This document shows, in pieces, positions 1 to 9,722 of a stretch of 64,000 bases of DNA (positions are counted from its first letter, which is position 1; each line of letters starts with the position of its first letter). Location: assembly GCA_008690995.1 (NCBI GenBank), contig VRMN01000004.1, positions 1,550,001-1,614,000 of the forward strand. Reading direction: 5' to 3'. This DNA comes from Porphyridium purpureum. Its lineage: Eukaryota. The notes under the pieces are model-generated. The model was given only the letters and a program-made list of their open reading frames with translations. It was not told where the DNA came from and ran no database searches. Position numbers and translations under genes: made by a program.

Positions 1-438
1 TTCTCTTCTCGCCTCTCGCTTAACGGTTTAACGGTCCGCCGGTCCATCGGTTTGAACAATTACCGCATTGCACTTTCTTTCAGAAACATGCTATTCTAGT
101 TACAGACGCTTCTGCATTGCAAAGCAATGTGTGTAGCAAACAGCGTGGGACGACTTCGGCATGTAGATTTTGTGCACACCTGCACACGTTCAGAAGTTGA
201 GACCGAGACCGTGACGCTTATTGCACGCGATGCGCTTGAACAAGCGCGCGCGCGCTGCTCGACACTGCCGAGTCGCCCGTTCACCGCGCGGTGCCCTCAC
301 TGCCTGCACATCGACCCGCGGCTGGCGTTTCGACGTCCTCGCCAGCGTCCAGGCATGCTTAACTACGCTCCGATACCGCAGCCGCAGCCGTATCCGCAAT
401 CAACGAAACACCGAGCGAGACAGTAGGTCGGTCTGGAG

Positions 439-488
439 CGTGACTGCGTGACTGCGTGACTGCGTGACTGCGTGAATGAGTGAATGCG
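439..488. repeat. 8-bp tandem repeat (GCGTGACT)x4 plus degenerate units
   Basis: gcgtgactgcgtgactgcgtgactgcgtgactgcgtgaatgagtgaatgc read directly. Confidence 0.9.
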
Positions 489-707
489 CGAGTCGGCACG
501 AGGTCGCACACCGAGAGAAGATGGTCGTGCTCTGCCTCCATTCCATCTGGAGAACACACAAGGCGAGCGATGAACCGATAAGGTTCAGTTGTTATTGACG
601 ATGCGTTTTGTAGTGTTCTGTTGATTTTCAGGGGACAAGGAAGAAGAACGAGAAGGAGGGAAGAATGGTGTTGAAAGGGAAGAAGAGAAGGAGGAGGAGG
701 AGACGGC

Positions 708-2498
708 ATGGGTGGCGAGGACGAGGGTGAGAATGGCGTGAAAGCGGAACCCGCGGGAGCAGGTGGTGCGGTGTCGACTGCTGCGCAAGGTGGAGCGGCA
801 GATCCCGAGAATGGGACGGCGGTGCGAGTGCCGCTGGATGGGGTCGCGGTGGATGCCGATGTGAGTCGCGCGATGGATGTGCCGCACAAGGCAGGTAATG
901 CTGCGGCCGAGAGTGGTCGTGCGGGGTCTTCTGTGGGTGAGGAAGGAGCGAAGCAGCCGGTGGAACAACTGGATCAACGGAAGGGAGCGCCCCCGATCAA
1001 TAAGCTTGCCGACGTGGGCAACAACAATGACCGGCAGGAACTCGCTGCGGTCAAGACCGAGCAGGTGTCTGCGAATACAGTGCAACATAATTCTGCAGAT
1101 CAGAGTGTTTTGCAGTCGTCGAAAGGTCCGACAGAGTCTGCCGCGGACACAGCAGACACGGTCGTTGTGCGACCTGTTTTTGCTCAGGCTCAGGCTCCTG
1201 CCAGTGATACTCAGAACGAGGCACGGCCTGGGGCTCCAGAAGCCTCGGAAGCGCCCGCCCGCATGGATATACCAACTCAGATTCCCCTGCCTGGTGATTC
1301 TTCGCCTCAGGTCGACCTGGAAGGTGCCAAGAATCGGCGAGCAGGGCCGCCTCCAGCCAGTGCTGCGTCGAAACGGCCTGCAAGTCCTGCGGCTATTGTC
1401 AAGGTAACCAAGGCAAAGCCGAAGCGGCAAAAAGTAGCATCCTCGTCCTCCGCTCCCGGCGGTGCAGGGGTACCGGCCACCGCCACCGGTGCTCTTGCGA
1501 CTTCCGCAACTGCACCGCCTCCGTCGGCGTCGCCCCGCGCCCAACCGTCGATGCGCAAGACAGCACGCCGTGGCTCCGCGGCTGCCCATATCAGGTCGTC
1601 GCCGCGCCTGGGGGCTCAAAACCACAATACGCGTTGGGCCGGCACGGCATCGTGGGAAAACGCCATGCCGATAAGCGGCAGCGTGGCCGAGTACCGCGCC
1701 GGCTGCATGCAGCTCGAGAAGGCGAGGCATTCGCGCGTTTTCGACGCACAGCGCAAACGCCTTCTTGGCGAGCAGCGCGCGCGCTGGGTGCTCGACCACG
1801 AGACTCGGCTCATTGAGGAACAGCATGAGGCAGCCGTGCACATGCTAACACTCAGTGTACTCCAGAAGGTGTTTCAGAAGCAGCAAGCTGTCGAAGAGCT
1901 GTTGTATGGAATTCGCAAACCGCCTGCGGCTTCGACTACCAATGCGGCGAGGGAAATGGAGCCCAGTGCGGCACAAGCAAAGACGAGCGGTGCAGGTTTA
2001 GATTGTTCAGTCTTGGTGGGTGCAAAGACTGGCAGCGCAGACGCCGCGCCGGCGCCAGCGCCCGTGACATTCGCTGGATCCATGACCAGAACGCGGGGCG
2101 GAGGAGCGCGTGAAAGTGCCGCCGTGGGTCCGAGCGATGCTGCCAAGGGATCTACCGCACGCGGCCGCGACGAGGCATCAGTTGTGGCGGGTGACGAAGT
2201 TGGCAACGCAAGTGCACGCGAAGGCCGGCCTCCAACAGGCGTGAATGCGACAAGTGGTTCGAGGCGGCGCATCAACACGCGCAAGCAAGTCATGGACCGC
2301 ACAAGGCTACGGGTAGAATTGGACGCCGGTGAAGTCATGAACGACCTCATGCGCATTGAGAATGCGTCACAGACTGCCGGCTCTGCGTCGTCAACGGGGA
2401 AGGAGAGTAAGGCACAGGACAAGAATGCGGCGAGCGGCAGCGTGCCAGCCACGGCTTCTGGTCGTGTGACACGGAGAGCGCAGGAAAGAAAATCATAA
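708..2498 (+). CDS. Hypothetical protein, mostly low-complexity (Ala/Ser/Pro-rich) with a central helical segment
   Basis: 596-aa ATG ORF preceded by a GA-rich leader like other genes here; no recognisable domain. Confidence 0.7.
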   Translation: MGGEDEGENGVKAEPAGAGGAVSTAAQGGAADPENGTAVRVPLDGVAVDADVSRAMDVPHKAGNAAAESGRAGSSVGEEGAKQPVEQLDQRKGAPPINKLADVGNNNDRQELAAVKTEQVSANTVQHNSADQSVLQSSKGPTESAADTADTVVVRPVFAQAQAPASDTQNEARPGAPEASEAPARMDIPTQIPLPGDSSPQVDLEGAKNRRAGPPPASAASKRPASPAAIVKVTKAKPKRQKVASSSSAPGGAGVPATATGALATSATAPPPSASPRAQPSMRKTARRGSAAAHIRSSPRLGAQNHNTRWAGTASWENAMPISGSVAEYRAGCMQLEKARHSRVFDAQRKRLLGEQRARWVLDHETRLIEEQHEAAVHMLTLSVLQKVFQKQQAVEELLYGIRKPPAASTTNAAREMEPSAAQAKTSGAGLDCSVLVGAKTGSADAAPAPAPVTFAGSMTRTRGGGARESAAVGPSDAAKGSTARGRDEASVVAGDEVGNASAREGRPPTGVNATSGSRRRINTRKQVMDRTRLRVELDAGEVMNDLMRIENASQTAGSASSTGKESKAQDKNAASGSVPATASGRVTRRAQERKS

Positions 2499-2712
2499 TT
2501 GCACAGGCAAGTTGGGAAACGTTGGCATTCCTTTTCGCGCTAGGGTTAGGCAGTGGAGCTTTCGGCATGGCGCTCCCGCATTGTCTCGCGATTGCGATGC
2601 TGATTCCAAAACTTGCTTGTTTTTCAGCCCTCACAACACCACGGTCATAATATTAAAGCTATGGACATGTGACACGCGTATGTACGCGCTTACGCTTGCC
2701 TTATGAAATAAA

Positions 2713-3591
2713 TCAACCTGCCAAAAATCGAGCAACGCCTTCGTATACCACAAAACAGACCGCGTTGGATGGCGCCGCACGAACAAAGCACGGTGCGGCG
2801 CCACGATACAGAGCACGGACGCCGTCCTTGGCGACTATCTCGCGAAGGCAATGCCACGTGCTACGAAAGCGCGGATGCGTGTCCGAGTCAGTTTGGATTA
2901 AAGTCTTGACGACGTCAGCCGGGTATACCGAGCACCAGAACGCGAGGCCAGCGAGCGAACCGCTGGTCATGATTTCAGCAGTGCCGAGCTGCGCGACCGA
3001 AACATCCTTCTGCTTCGCAAAAGCCTTTTTCAAGCCCTCGTACGTCGCAAAGTATATGGCGCAGCCTGGAACCTCGCGCATGACTGTCGGTACGTACCCT
3101 CGAAACAGCCCGGCGGGCCCAGCGGAAGCCAGTAGCTGCTTGGCCACATCGATTGGTCCCTTGTAGACTCCCTTTGCTGCGGCTTGTAGGCGACACTTGA
3201 TCAGCTCGGTAGGCGTGGCCAGTATGCTCACGCCAACGCCAGCGCCAGCGCCACAGGCTGCAAATTGCGCTACCGAAAATGAGTCTACTTGATTGGCGTG
3301 CAGCCCGCTCGCTGCCGCTACCACTTTGCGCATGACGCCGTTGATGGAAAACAGCACAGCATTGAACACCGCGACGGTAGCGAGTGGTACGCCCATCCCT
3401 TTGAATAGCCCCGACGAGCCATGCTCTGCCAAGGTATGCCTTACAGCGTCCATCACCGAGCCATAATGCCCCGCAGGCGCATTCTGCAGTTTCACCTTGA
3501 CCGTGTCGAACGGAAATCCTACCACCAGCTGCGCTGCCCCAGCGCATGTCCCTGCTACCAAGTCCCGCACGACCGCGGACTCCACGACCAT
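2713..3591 (-). CDS. Mitochondrial carrier family protein (carnitine/acylcarnitine or ornithine carrier-like, SLC25)
   Basis: Three Px[DE]xx[KR] signatures: PFDTVKVK, PTELIKCR, PADVVKT; first ATG at 3591. Confidence 0.93.
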   Translation of the reverse strand: MVVESAVVRDLVAGTCAGAAQLVVGFPFDTVKVKLQNAPAGHYGSVMDAVRHTLAEHGSSGLFKGMGVPLATVAVFNAVLFSINGVMRKVVAAASGLHANQVDSFSVAQFAACGAGAGVGVSILATPTELIKCRLQAAAKGVYKGPIDVAKQLLASAGPAGLFRGYVPTVMREVPGCAIYFATYEGLKKAFAKQKDVSVAQLGTAEIMTSGSLAGLAFWCSVYPADVVKTLIQTDSDTHPRFRSTWHCLREIVAKDGVRALYRGAAPCFVRAAPSNAVCFVVYEGVARFLAG

Positions 3592-4197
3592 TTCACGACG
3601 GCTGCAATGGCCGACCAACGCTCCTCCACCTTGCCCCTTAGACCTGCCTCAACGGCTCGCGCGTGCGGTGCAACCTTTTGACCACATTGGTCACGTGGAA
3701 GGAAAAAGGAACATGAAAGAGCGAGAGGAACGATTGGACGGCGGCTTGGGTCGTTTTGCTCGTTCCTTGCGCTCTTGATTGTGGGTGATTTACTGCAGTA
3801 CAATGCCAAATGCTGGACCTACTCAAAGCCACTCGACGGGGACGGAGCAGGATGCGGGTCACGTGACAAACACACATTGCATTGCCCTTCATGGTACGTG
3901 CACTGCGGGCGATCAGCACGCTGATCAGGTTGAGCGCTACCTTTCCATACCTTTTCTGCATTCTGTCTCTCTGAGTCGGAAAAGGATGCTGCTGACGAAC
4001 ATATTCGGGCCACGACGGGCATCTATGAGTGCAGCTGGTGCTGCAAAACATGTCTCTAAGTCTGCGTGCAAGAATACCATATAATTTCAAGGAGCCTGTG
4101 CGCTGATGCCGCCATCTTATACAGGAGTCAGCTCCAACTGCTGCATTGGACTAGTCCACAACGCAAGACAATGCGAGAAATGCTCCGTATCTGATGG

Positions 4198-5205
4198 CTA
4201 CTGGCCCGAACAATTGTCGATGCGCTCGCCGCGCTCGAATTGCTCCAGAGACGTAAGCACGCCCTTGCACACCGTGGTTAAACTCTCTGTCGTAAAGCTG
4301 GCCAAGTGCGGTGTGACAAGGACCCGCGGATACGCCAGTATGCGGCTCACATTTTTGTCTGGTACACCGTGCACACCATGGTCCCGTAGGAAAACGTCGT
4401 TATCGCACTCAAACACGTCCACGCCGAGCGCGCCAATCTGGCCAGATTCGAGGCCTCGCAGCACGGCAGCCGGGTCCATGAGACCGCCTCGACTCGTGTT
4501 TACCAGCACTGTGCCGTGCTTGAGCTTTCTGATCGACTCGTCATTGACAATATGTCTGGTTGCCTCAACCAATGGCGCATGCAGGGAAATGATATCGGAC
4601 CGCTCCCACAATTCATCAAGGCTCACATACTCGCCCCCCAGCTCGATAATGTGCGGCGACTCGAACGCATCGTAAGCCAAAATTTTGCAACCCAGTGCCG
4701 CCAGCGCGTGCGCCACGCGCACGCCCACGCGGCCAGTGCCCAGCAGACCGCATGTCTTGCCTCCTAGTTCGTGCCCAATAAGCGACGCTTGTGTCAAATT
4801 GCCGCCGGCAGCCCGCACGTACGCCTGTGGCACGTTGCGGAACAGGCTCAAAACAAGCGCAATGGTGAGCTCAGCCACCGCAGCGCTAGATACGTGCGGA
4901 ATGCGACACAGCTGGATATTGAGAGACCGCACCGCGTCCAGATCGAGCTCGGGCATGTCCGACAGCGACGGATGGCGCACCACGATCGCCTCCACGCCTG
5001 CCTCACGTAGCACGCGCAAAGTGACCCCATTCAGCACGTCTGTGCGCCCCACGCTCACCGCACGCACGCCCTTGCATAATCGTAGCAGCGCATCGCGCCG
5101 CAGCTCATGTACCGACTGGCTCACGCAGTCGATGTCGAGAGTGCCCACCTTACTGCTCAGCAGTTCGACTTCCGGCGCGATCGTGCTGAAGATCACGCAG
5201 CGCAT
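4198..5205 (-). CDS. D-lactate dehydrogenase-like D-isomer-specific 2-hydroxyacid dehydrogenase
   Basis: GLLGTGRVG Rossmann motif; DIISLHAP; NTSRGGL (Arg); DVFE (Glu); TPHLA (His). Confidence 0.9.
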   Translation of the reverse strand: MRCVIFSTIAPEVELLSSKVGTLDIDCVSQSVHELRRDALLRLCKGVRAVSVGRTDVLNGVTLRVLREAGVEAIVVRHPSLSDMPELDLDAVRSLNIQLCRIPHVSSAAVAELTIALVLSLFRNVPQAYVRAAGGNLTQASLIGHELGGKTCGLLGTGRVGVRVAHALAALGCKILAYDAFESPHIIELGGEYVSLDELWERSDIISLHAPLVEATRHIVNDESIRKLKHGTVLVNTSRGGLMDPAAVLRGLESGQIGALGVDVFECDNDVFLRDHGVHGVPDKNVSRILAYPRVLVTPHLASFTTESLTTVCKGVLTSLEQFERGERIDNCSGQ

Positions 5206-5349
5206 GATCGCAAGGCAGTTACGTCACCGGCTGGTCGTCACTGTCAATGAACAAGAGGAAACCTGACTCTCGAGCGTCGTGCTAGCCATGCGTGACGCTC
5301 GTCACACCCGTCCTACGAAGTCACCGGAACGAAAAGACATTAGACCCAA

Positions 5350-7070
5350 AGTGAAGAAAGCGTCAAGACGTCAGTGACATTGCCAACATCATTGTAGATC
5401 CTTGGTGCTTCGCAAGGTTTGTGGCTGACACCCCGACGATAGAAGCGGGAGTTGAGGACAATGGTAGTGCTGCACGCGACGCAAAGGCTGTCGAGCAATG
5501 TGACGATAACACCGAGGAGGAATAGCCTGCCGCGTAGCGAGGAGTGTGACCTGGCGTAGCGGCGCGGATAAAGCGCAGGAAGACCATCCGGCGGAGCGAT
5601 GTCGAGGTAGACCTCAGCTAGCTTTGCTGTGCCAGCCAAATGCAATGCGAGATCGATGACTGCGACCCTGGTATCGCCCGGCTTTCTGTTCAAGTCAGTC
5701 GCTCATTGAACAAATGGGTGCTGATGCTTCTCGAAGAAGGGGAACTTGTACCGAAACTCGACTAGAGCCTCTTCCAGGCAGATTTTACGACAATGGCGTG
5801 AGCTGCTACGTACGCTGGCGGTCTACGAGCAAGTGTGGCCTCTGAGTATGATTCGCTTCGACTGCCGCCATGTGAACCAGATGCTAAACTGTGCTAGATA
5901 AGAATTCTTGATAGCGTGCAAAAAACCATGTGGCGCTCTTCATCAGCATATGCATTGGCTACGCCTTCAAGATGGTATTTGATACTCTACCGCAGGACTT
6001 CAGAGCTGAGGATCGCCACAAGTCTAGACGCTGCTGCATGAAGCATGTGTCCCGTCAGTGCGGCACTGAAGAAGAGGAGCCTCTGTCTTAGTCATTCAAC
6101 CATGTCCGTACGCCAGCCACTAGGGCAACTGTGGTGAGCTGCATCAATGACAGACCCCAGCGCTACGAGGGTCTACCGCTGGACACTTGTAATCAGTTGC
6201 CAAACAAGCGAATGGAGAAGCACTGATGGGTCTATTCGTGACTGATGTACGATTTGCCAGGCGAGATGCTGGAGCATAGAATCAAAGCGTTTAGTATACT
6301 GCCGCTCTGCAGGCTTGCATTCAAGCAAATCATCGTTGATACACGTACTGAGAGAATGCTGTTGTTGCGTGTTGCTGAGCGCAACGGCTCTGCTACACCG
6401 GAAGCGCTGCCTATAGTCCGGAGCAACGAGTGCCAGTTCTGGTAGACCTCCAGCACACTGCAGCAACACGGAGTACCAGCAGAACATAGGTCTGAAAAAA
6501 GCTCATGCGAAGCGCAGCGAGTGAGTATGCCGAGCACATTTGCAAGCAGCCCTGAATCAGCAGCCAAGTGCCAAGATCTCCAGTATTGTGTCGATGTTGC
6601 ACAAAAAGCGGAGCTGTTCAACACATTGGACAGCCTGCTGTACTTGGAACTTACGAGGCGGGTACGAGGTTCAAGATCTCACAGCATTGCTTGCGGCAGA
6701 GAGTATTGTGTGATATCTGTCATAGGATGATAGCTCGAACTGATCCAAGCGATAAGAGACACACGATGGTGGCGTTTGGATCAGGCACGTCCATCAGCTG
6801 CAGCAGAGACCACGCCCCTGGCCATTTCAATGAATTGCGCAGCGTGCTGCCCAGAAGAGCCATTGAAGTGTATGGCGTGCATGAACACTCCGCTAGTCAC
6901 TGGTGCAACTGCAGCAGCAGCACAGTACTACACACACGCATTGTGGAGGCGGAAACATCGCGATTCACAGCATGCGACTCTCCGTATCAGCGACATGCAA
7001 ATATAAGAGTCTGAATGGCGATGTCTCTGTGTTTACTGGACATCCTGCATGAACTCGTCTCCATATCAGA
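5350..7070 (+). pseudogene. Degenerate Fanzor1 (eukaryotic TnpB-derived RNA-guided endonuclease) with stops, frameshifts and an internal deletion
   Basis: Collinear + strand fragments: LNKWVLMLLEEGELVPKLD*SLF (~5706-5775), KAFSILPL...IIVDT (6284-6343), EYQQNIG..KRSE*..PSAK (6471-6575), QRVLCDICHR..VAFGSG..HAPG..LRSVL..VHEHSASHWCNC (6697-6912), IHSMRL..C..LNGDV (6963-7025). Confidence 0.8.
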
Positions 7071-7079
7071 AGCCTTGAT

Positions 7080-7295
7080 AGTTGACCGGAATTGTTTACA
7101 CAGAGATAAGAAATTGAAGTCGCGCGTGCCGCAGCTTCTTAAAGGAGCACCATGCGGCGATAAAAAAAAACGCAGCGGTGTGAAACGGTGCTAAGCGTCC
7201 CTCACGCCAAGTAATAGGAGGGGGCATACGTACCCCATTTTTTTTGGTCTTACGGTCTGTCACGACATCCTCCGCCACAGAAGGGTGTAACATGA
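7080..7295 (+). ncRNA. Candidate omega-RNA or element right-end region downstream of the Fanzor relic
   Basis: Hairpins GCCGCA-GCTTC..GGAGC..TGCGGC (7128-7158) and ACATCCT..AGGGTGT (7265-7288); position 3' of the ORF matches known Fanzor/TnpB omega-RNA placement. Confidence 0.3.
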
Positions 7296-7556
7296 CTTCT
7301 TTTTTTCAGTGATAGCGACAACATTGCAATGACCTCTCCAGCCGCTGGTAGCTCTCCTGCCATCGACCTGCGAACTGGTCCTGTCCAAGTCATACTTTCC
7401 GAAAATGAAAGCTCGAACTGTCCCTTTCCGTCACCACAATACAACCGTCAAATATGCCAAGTCCTTCCGTCACCATCTAACGTCAGAAGCAGAGCGCGCC
7501 AGCTCAAAAGCAGTTGCCGCAGTTATACGATCTAAGAACGGGCTGGCCGATCTATG

Positions 7557-8657
7557 TTAGAGGCCTACCCAGCCACTGCCACTATACATGCGGTGTACAG
7601 CGTCATCAATGTATCGTACGACACTGAACAATCGCATCCGAGATAGCAGCCGATAGGCTACGGTCAAGCCAGGCAGGCGCGCAAGCGACACGCCACCCAC
7701 TGACACGTCTGTCCAGCACGACGCGAGGACGCCATCCACAACAATGCGCATGTTTTCGGTCTGAGGGTTGAGCACGCGGCCCGAGACACGATCGATGCGT
7801 GTGACTTGCGACTTCTCGGAAACCCCCGACTCGCTCATCACCACGAGCTGCGTGCGTGTGGAGACGTCGCGCGCCGCGATCACGCCCTCCTTCGGGTCTG
7901 CGCTCACAAGCAAGTGCGACGGCGTTACGCGGAGCGGCGAGGCGCCCTTCGAGTGGTGGATGAGCAGCAGCTCACGGACCATGCGAACGTCGGCGTGTTC
8001 CACGTGCATGAGCGTCGTAAACTCACGCGCACCGTCCAGCTGCGAGTAGGACTCGACGCGATCGCCCGCGACGAGCTCCACGAGCGGCTTGCTCAGTACG
8101 CTGCCGTCCCGCTGCATCGTCCTCACCTGCGCGTCCTCGGAGAAGCATTCAGGCTGGTCCAAGCACTCTGAGCACTCGAAGCGGAACGCCTGGTTTGAGA
8201 ACAGCCGGAAGCACCCAAACGTTGGAGACTCAGAGTCTGGCTGGGAGACGAATGTCACGTTGGGAATCACGTCGCCATCCAAAATGCACTGCGTTGGGGG
8301 CACGAGCGCCGAGATGTTATACTGCCACTGATCTGTGCGGAACCCGCCGCACTTGTCGTCTGTGGTGCGCGGGAAGCAGTTCATTCTGGCGGCCTCAAAC
8401 AAGGGCCTCAAGCGGCCGGTGCCCAGCACGCAAAAGTTATTGGGGTAATCGACACACACGGCGTTCCTCGGCGGGGTGAACGGCGGGAAGAGGAGCAGAT
8501 CCGCGCGACACTGCCGCAGCAACTCGTCCTGATCTCCGACGACGCCATCGCCGTACACGCAAATCCTCACGCTCGACACGGTGTCGACGTCATTCTGCGC
8601 GGCCGCAAGCGCGCACACCGCTGCCAGCACCACCACAGCCGCCCAACGCCCTCCCAT
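7557..8657 (-). CDS. Secreted protein with a Cys-rich N-terminal domain and a hedgehog-type Hint (Hog) autoprocessing domain
   Basis: Signal peptide MGGRWAAVVVLAAVCALAAA; Hint start E|CFSEDA at 8147; LVAGDRV; VTPSH (TxxH); NPQT..IVVDGVLASCW. Confidence 0.88.
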   Translation of the reverse strand: MGGRWAAVVVLAAVCALAAAQNDVDTVSSVRICVYGDGVVGDQDELLRQCRADLLLFPPFTPPRNAVCVDYPNNFCVLGTGRLRPLFEAARMNCFPRTTDDKCGGFRTDQWQYNISALVPPTQCILDGDVIPNVTFVSQPDSESPTFGCFRLFSNQAFRFECSECLDQPECFSEDAQVRTMQRDGSVLSKPLVELVAGDRVESYSQLDGAREFTTLMHVEHADVRMVRELLLIHHSKGASPLRVTPSHLLVSADPKEGVIAARDVSTRTQLVVMSESGVSEKSQVTRIDRVSGRVLNPQTENMRIVVDGVLASCWTDVSVGGVSLARLPGLTVAYRLLSRMRLFSVVRYIDDAVHRMYSGSGWVGL

Positions 8658-9722
8658 CCCGCCTCTCACCACCCCTCTCATCCCCCCCCACCACCACCAC
8701 CTTCCCTCCCTCTCCCTCTCCGTTCTTCTCTCTCCTCCCCCTCCCATAACCCCCCACCCCTCACCACTTTTGCCGCCTTCCCTGTTCTTCACTGTGCCGA
8801 ATCTTCCTATCAAGTCGGCGCAGTTTTATTACATCCATACGCACACACCCACACCCACCACGAATACGCCATGATCCACAATGAGTGCGTGCGGTTCGTT
8901 TCTGCGTCTTCTGCGTGTTCATAAACCACCACCACGCCAACAATACAAACCATCAAACAGCTACCAAGCAAGGATGGTTTGACTCCGGCCCAAGAGGTTC
9001 TGCTGGTTCTTTCGTCCTTTTCGTTTCGGAAGGGGGTTGACCGATTTCAAAAATGGAAACGGCGCGTGTGCATCGCACTAGCAGCAGCAGCAGCTCAAAA
9101 TAAGCACACCGAATAACACCGCGCGTTCTGGCAGAGCGCCGCGTTCCTAGTAGCTGCTCGCCTCTTCATAGGTCCCCAGCCTCATTTGAGCCCTATTTTG
9201 AGACATTGGTACAGCTTGGGTACAGTAGATGGCTTGGTTGGTTTGATGTGTGTTTTGGGGATAATGGCGGATCTGCTCGCCGCTAAACCGCTAAACCGGT
9301 AACCAGTAAGCAGTAAGCGGTAAGCGGTAAGGAAGGTGGGTGGGAAGGTGGATGTGTTGGTGATGCGCCGCTGGCGTGGAACTGCGGAGACTGCATCGTT
9401 GGAGCAGGGATATTGCGCAACATTAGGCTCGGGCGCAGGGCGTGGCTACTGAGGCTGTTGGCACGCGGTGTCACCAGGGAAAAGTCGCTTTGTTTGGGGC
9501 AGTGGCGCGCGAGCGCGGTTTGGCGGCTGCCAGTTCGCACGCGCGCGCGGCGACGCTTCCACCGAGAAGTACAGTTTGGGTACTGTTCGACCTGGGCGGA
9601 AACGGTTCAAGTGGTTCACATGGGAGGAATCTGGACGACTTCTGGTTTCGATGTGCGAGGCGGTGGTGGATGGGGGTAATGAGAAAGGGGAGAGGGAGAG
9701 ACGGGAGACCGCGAGCGGAAGG

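Noticed and set aside
585..1841. 418-aa minus-strand ORF
   Set aside because: Antisense to the 708-2498 ORF; GC-rich shadow with no motifs
5340..5693. 117-aa minus-strand ORF
   Set aside because: Antisense shadow of the Fanzor N-terminal frame
9283..9331. Degenerate 7-8 bp repeat (taaaccg/gtaagcg) between divergent genes
   Set aside because: Short simple repeat; no evidence of function
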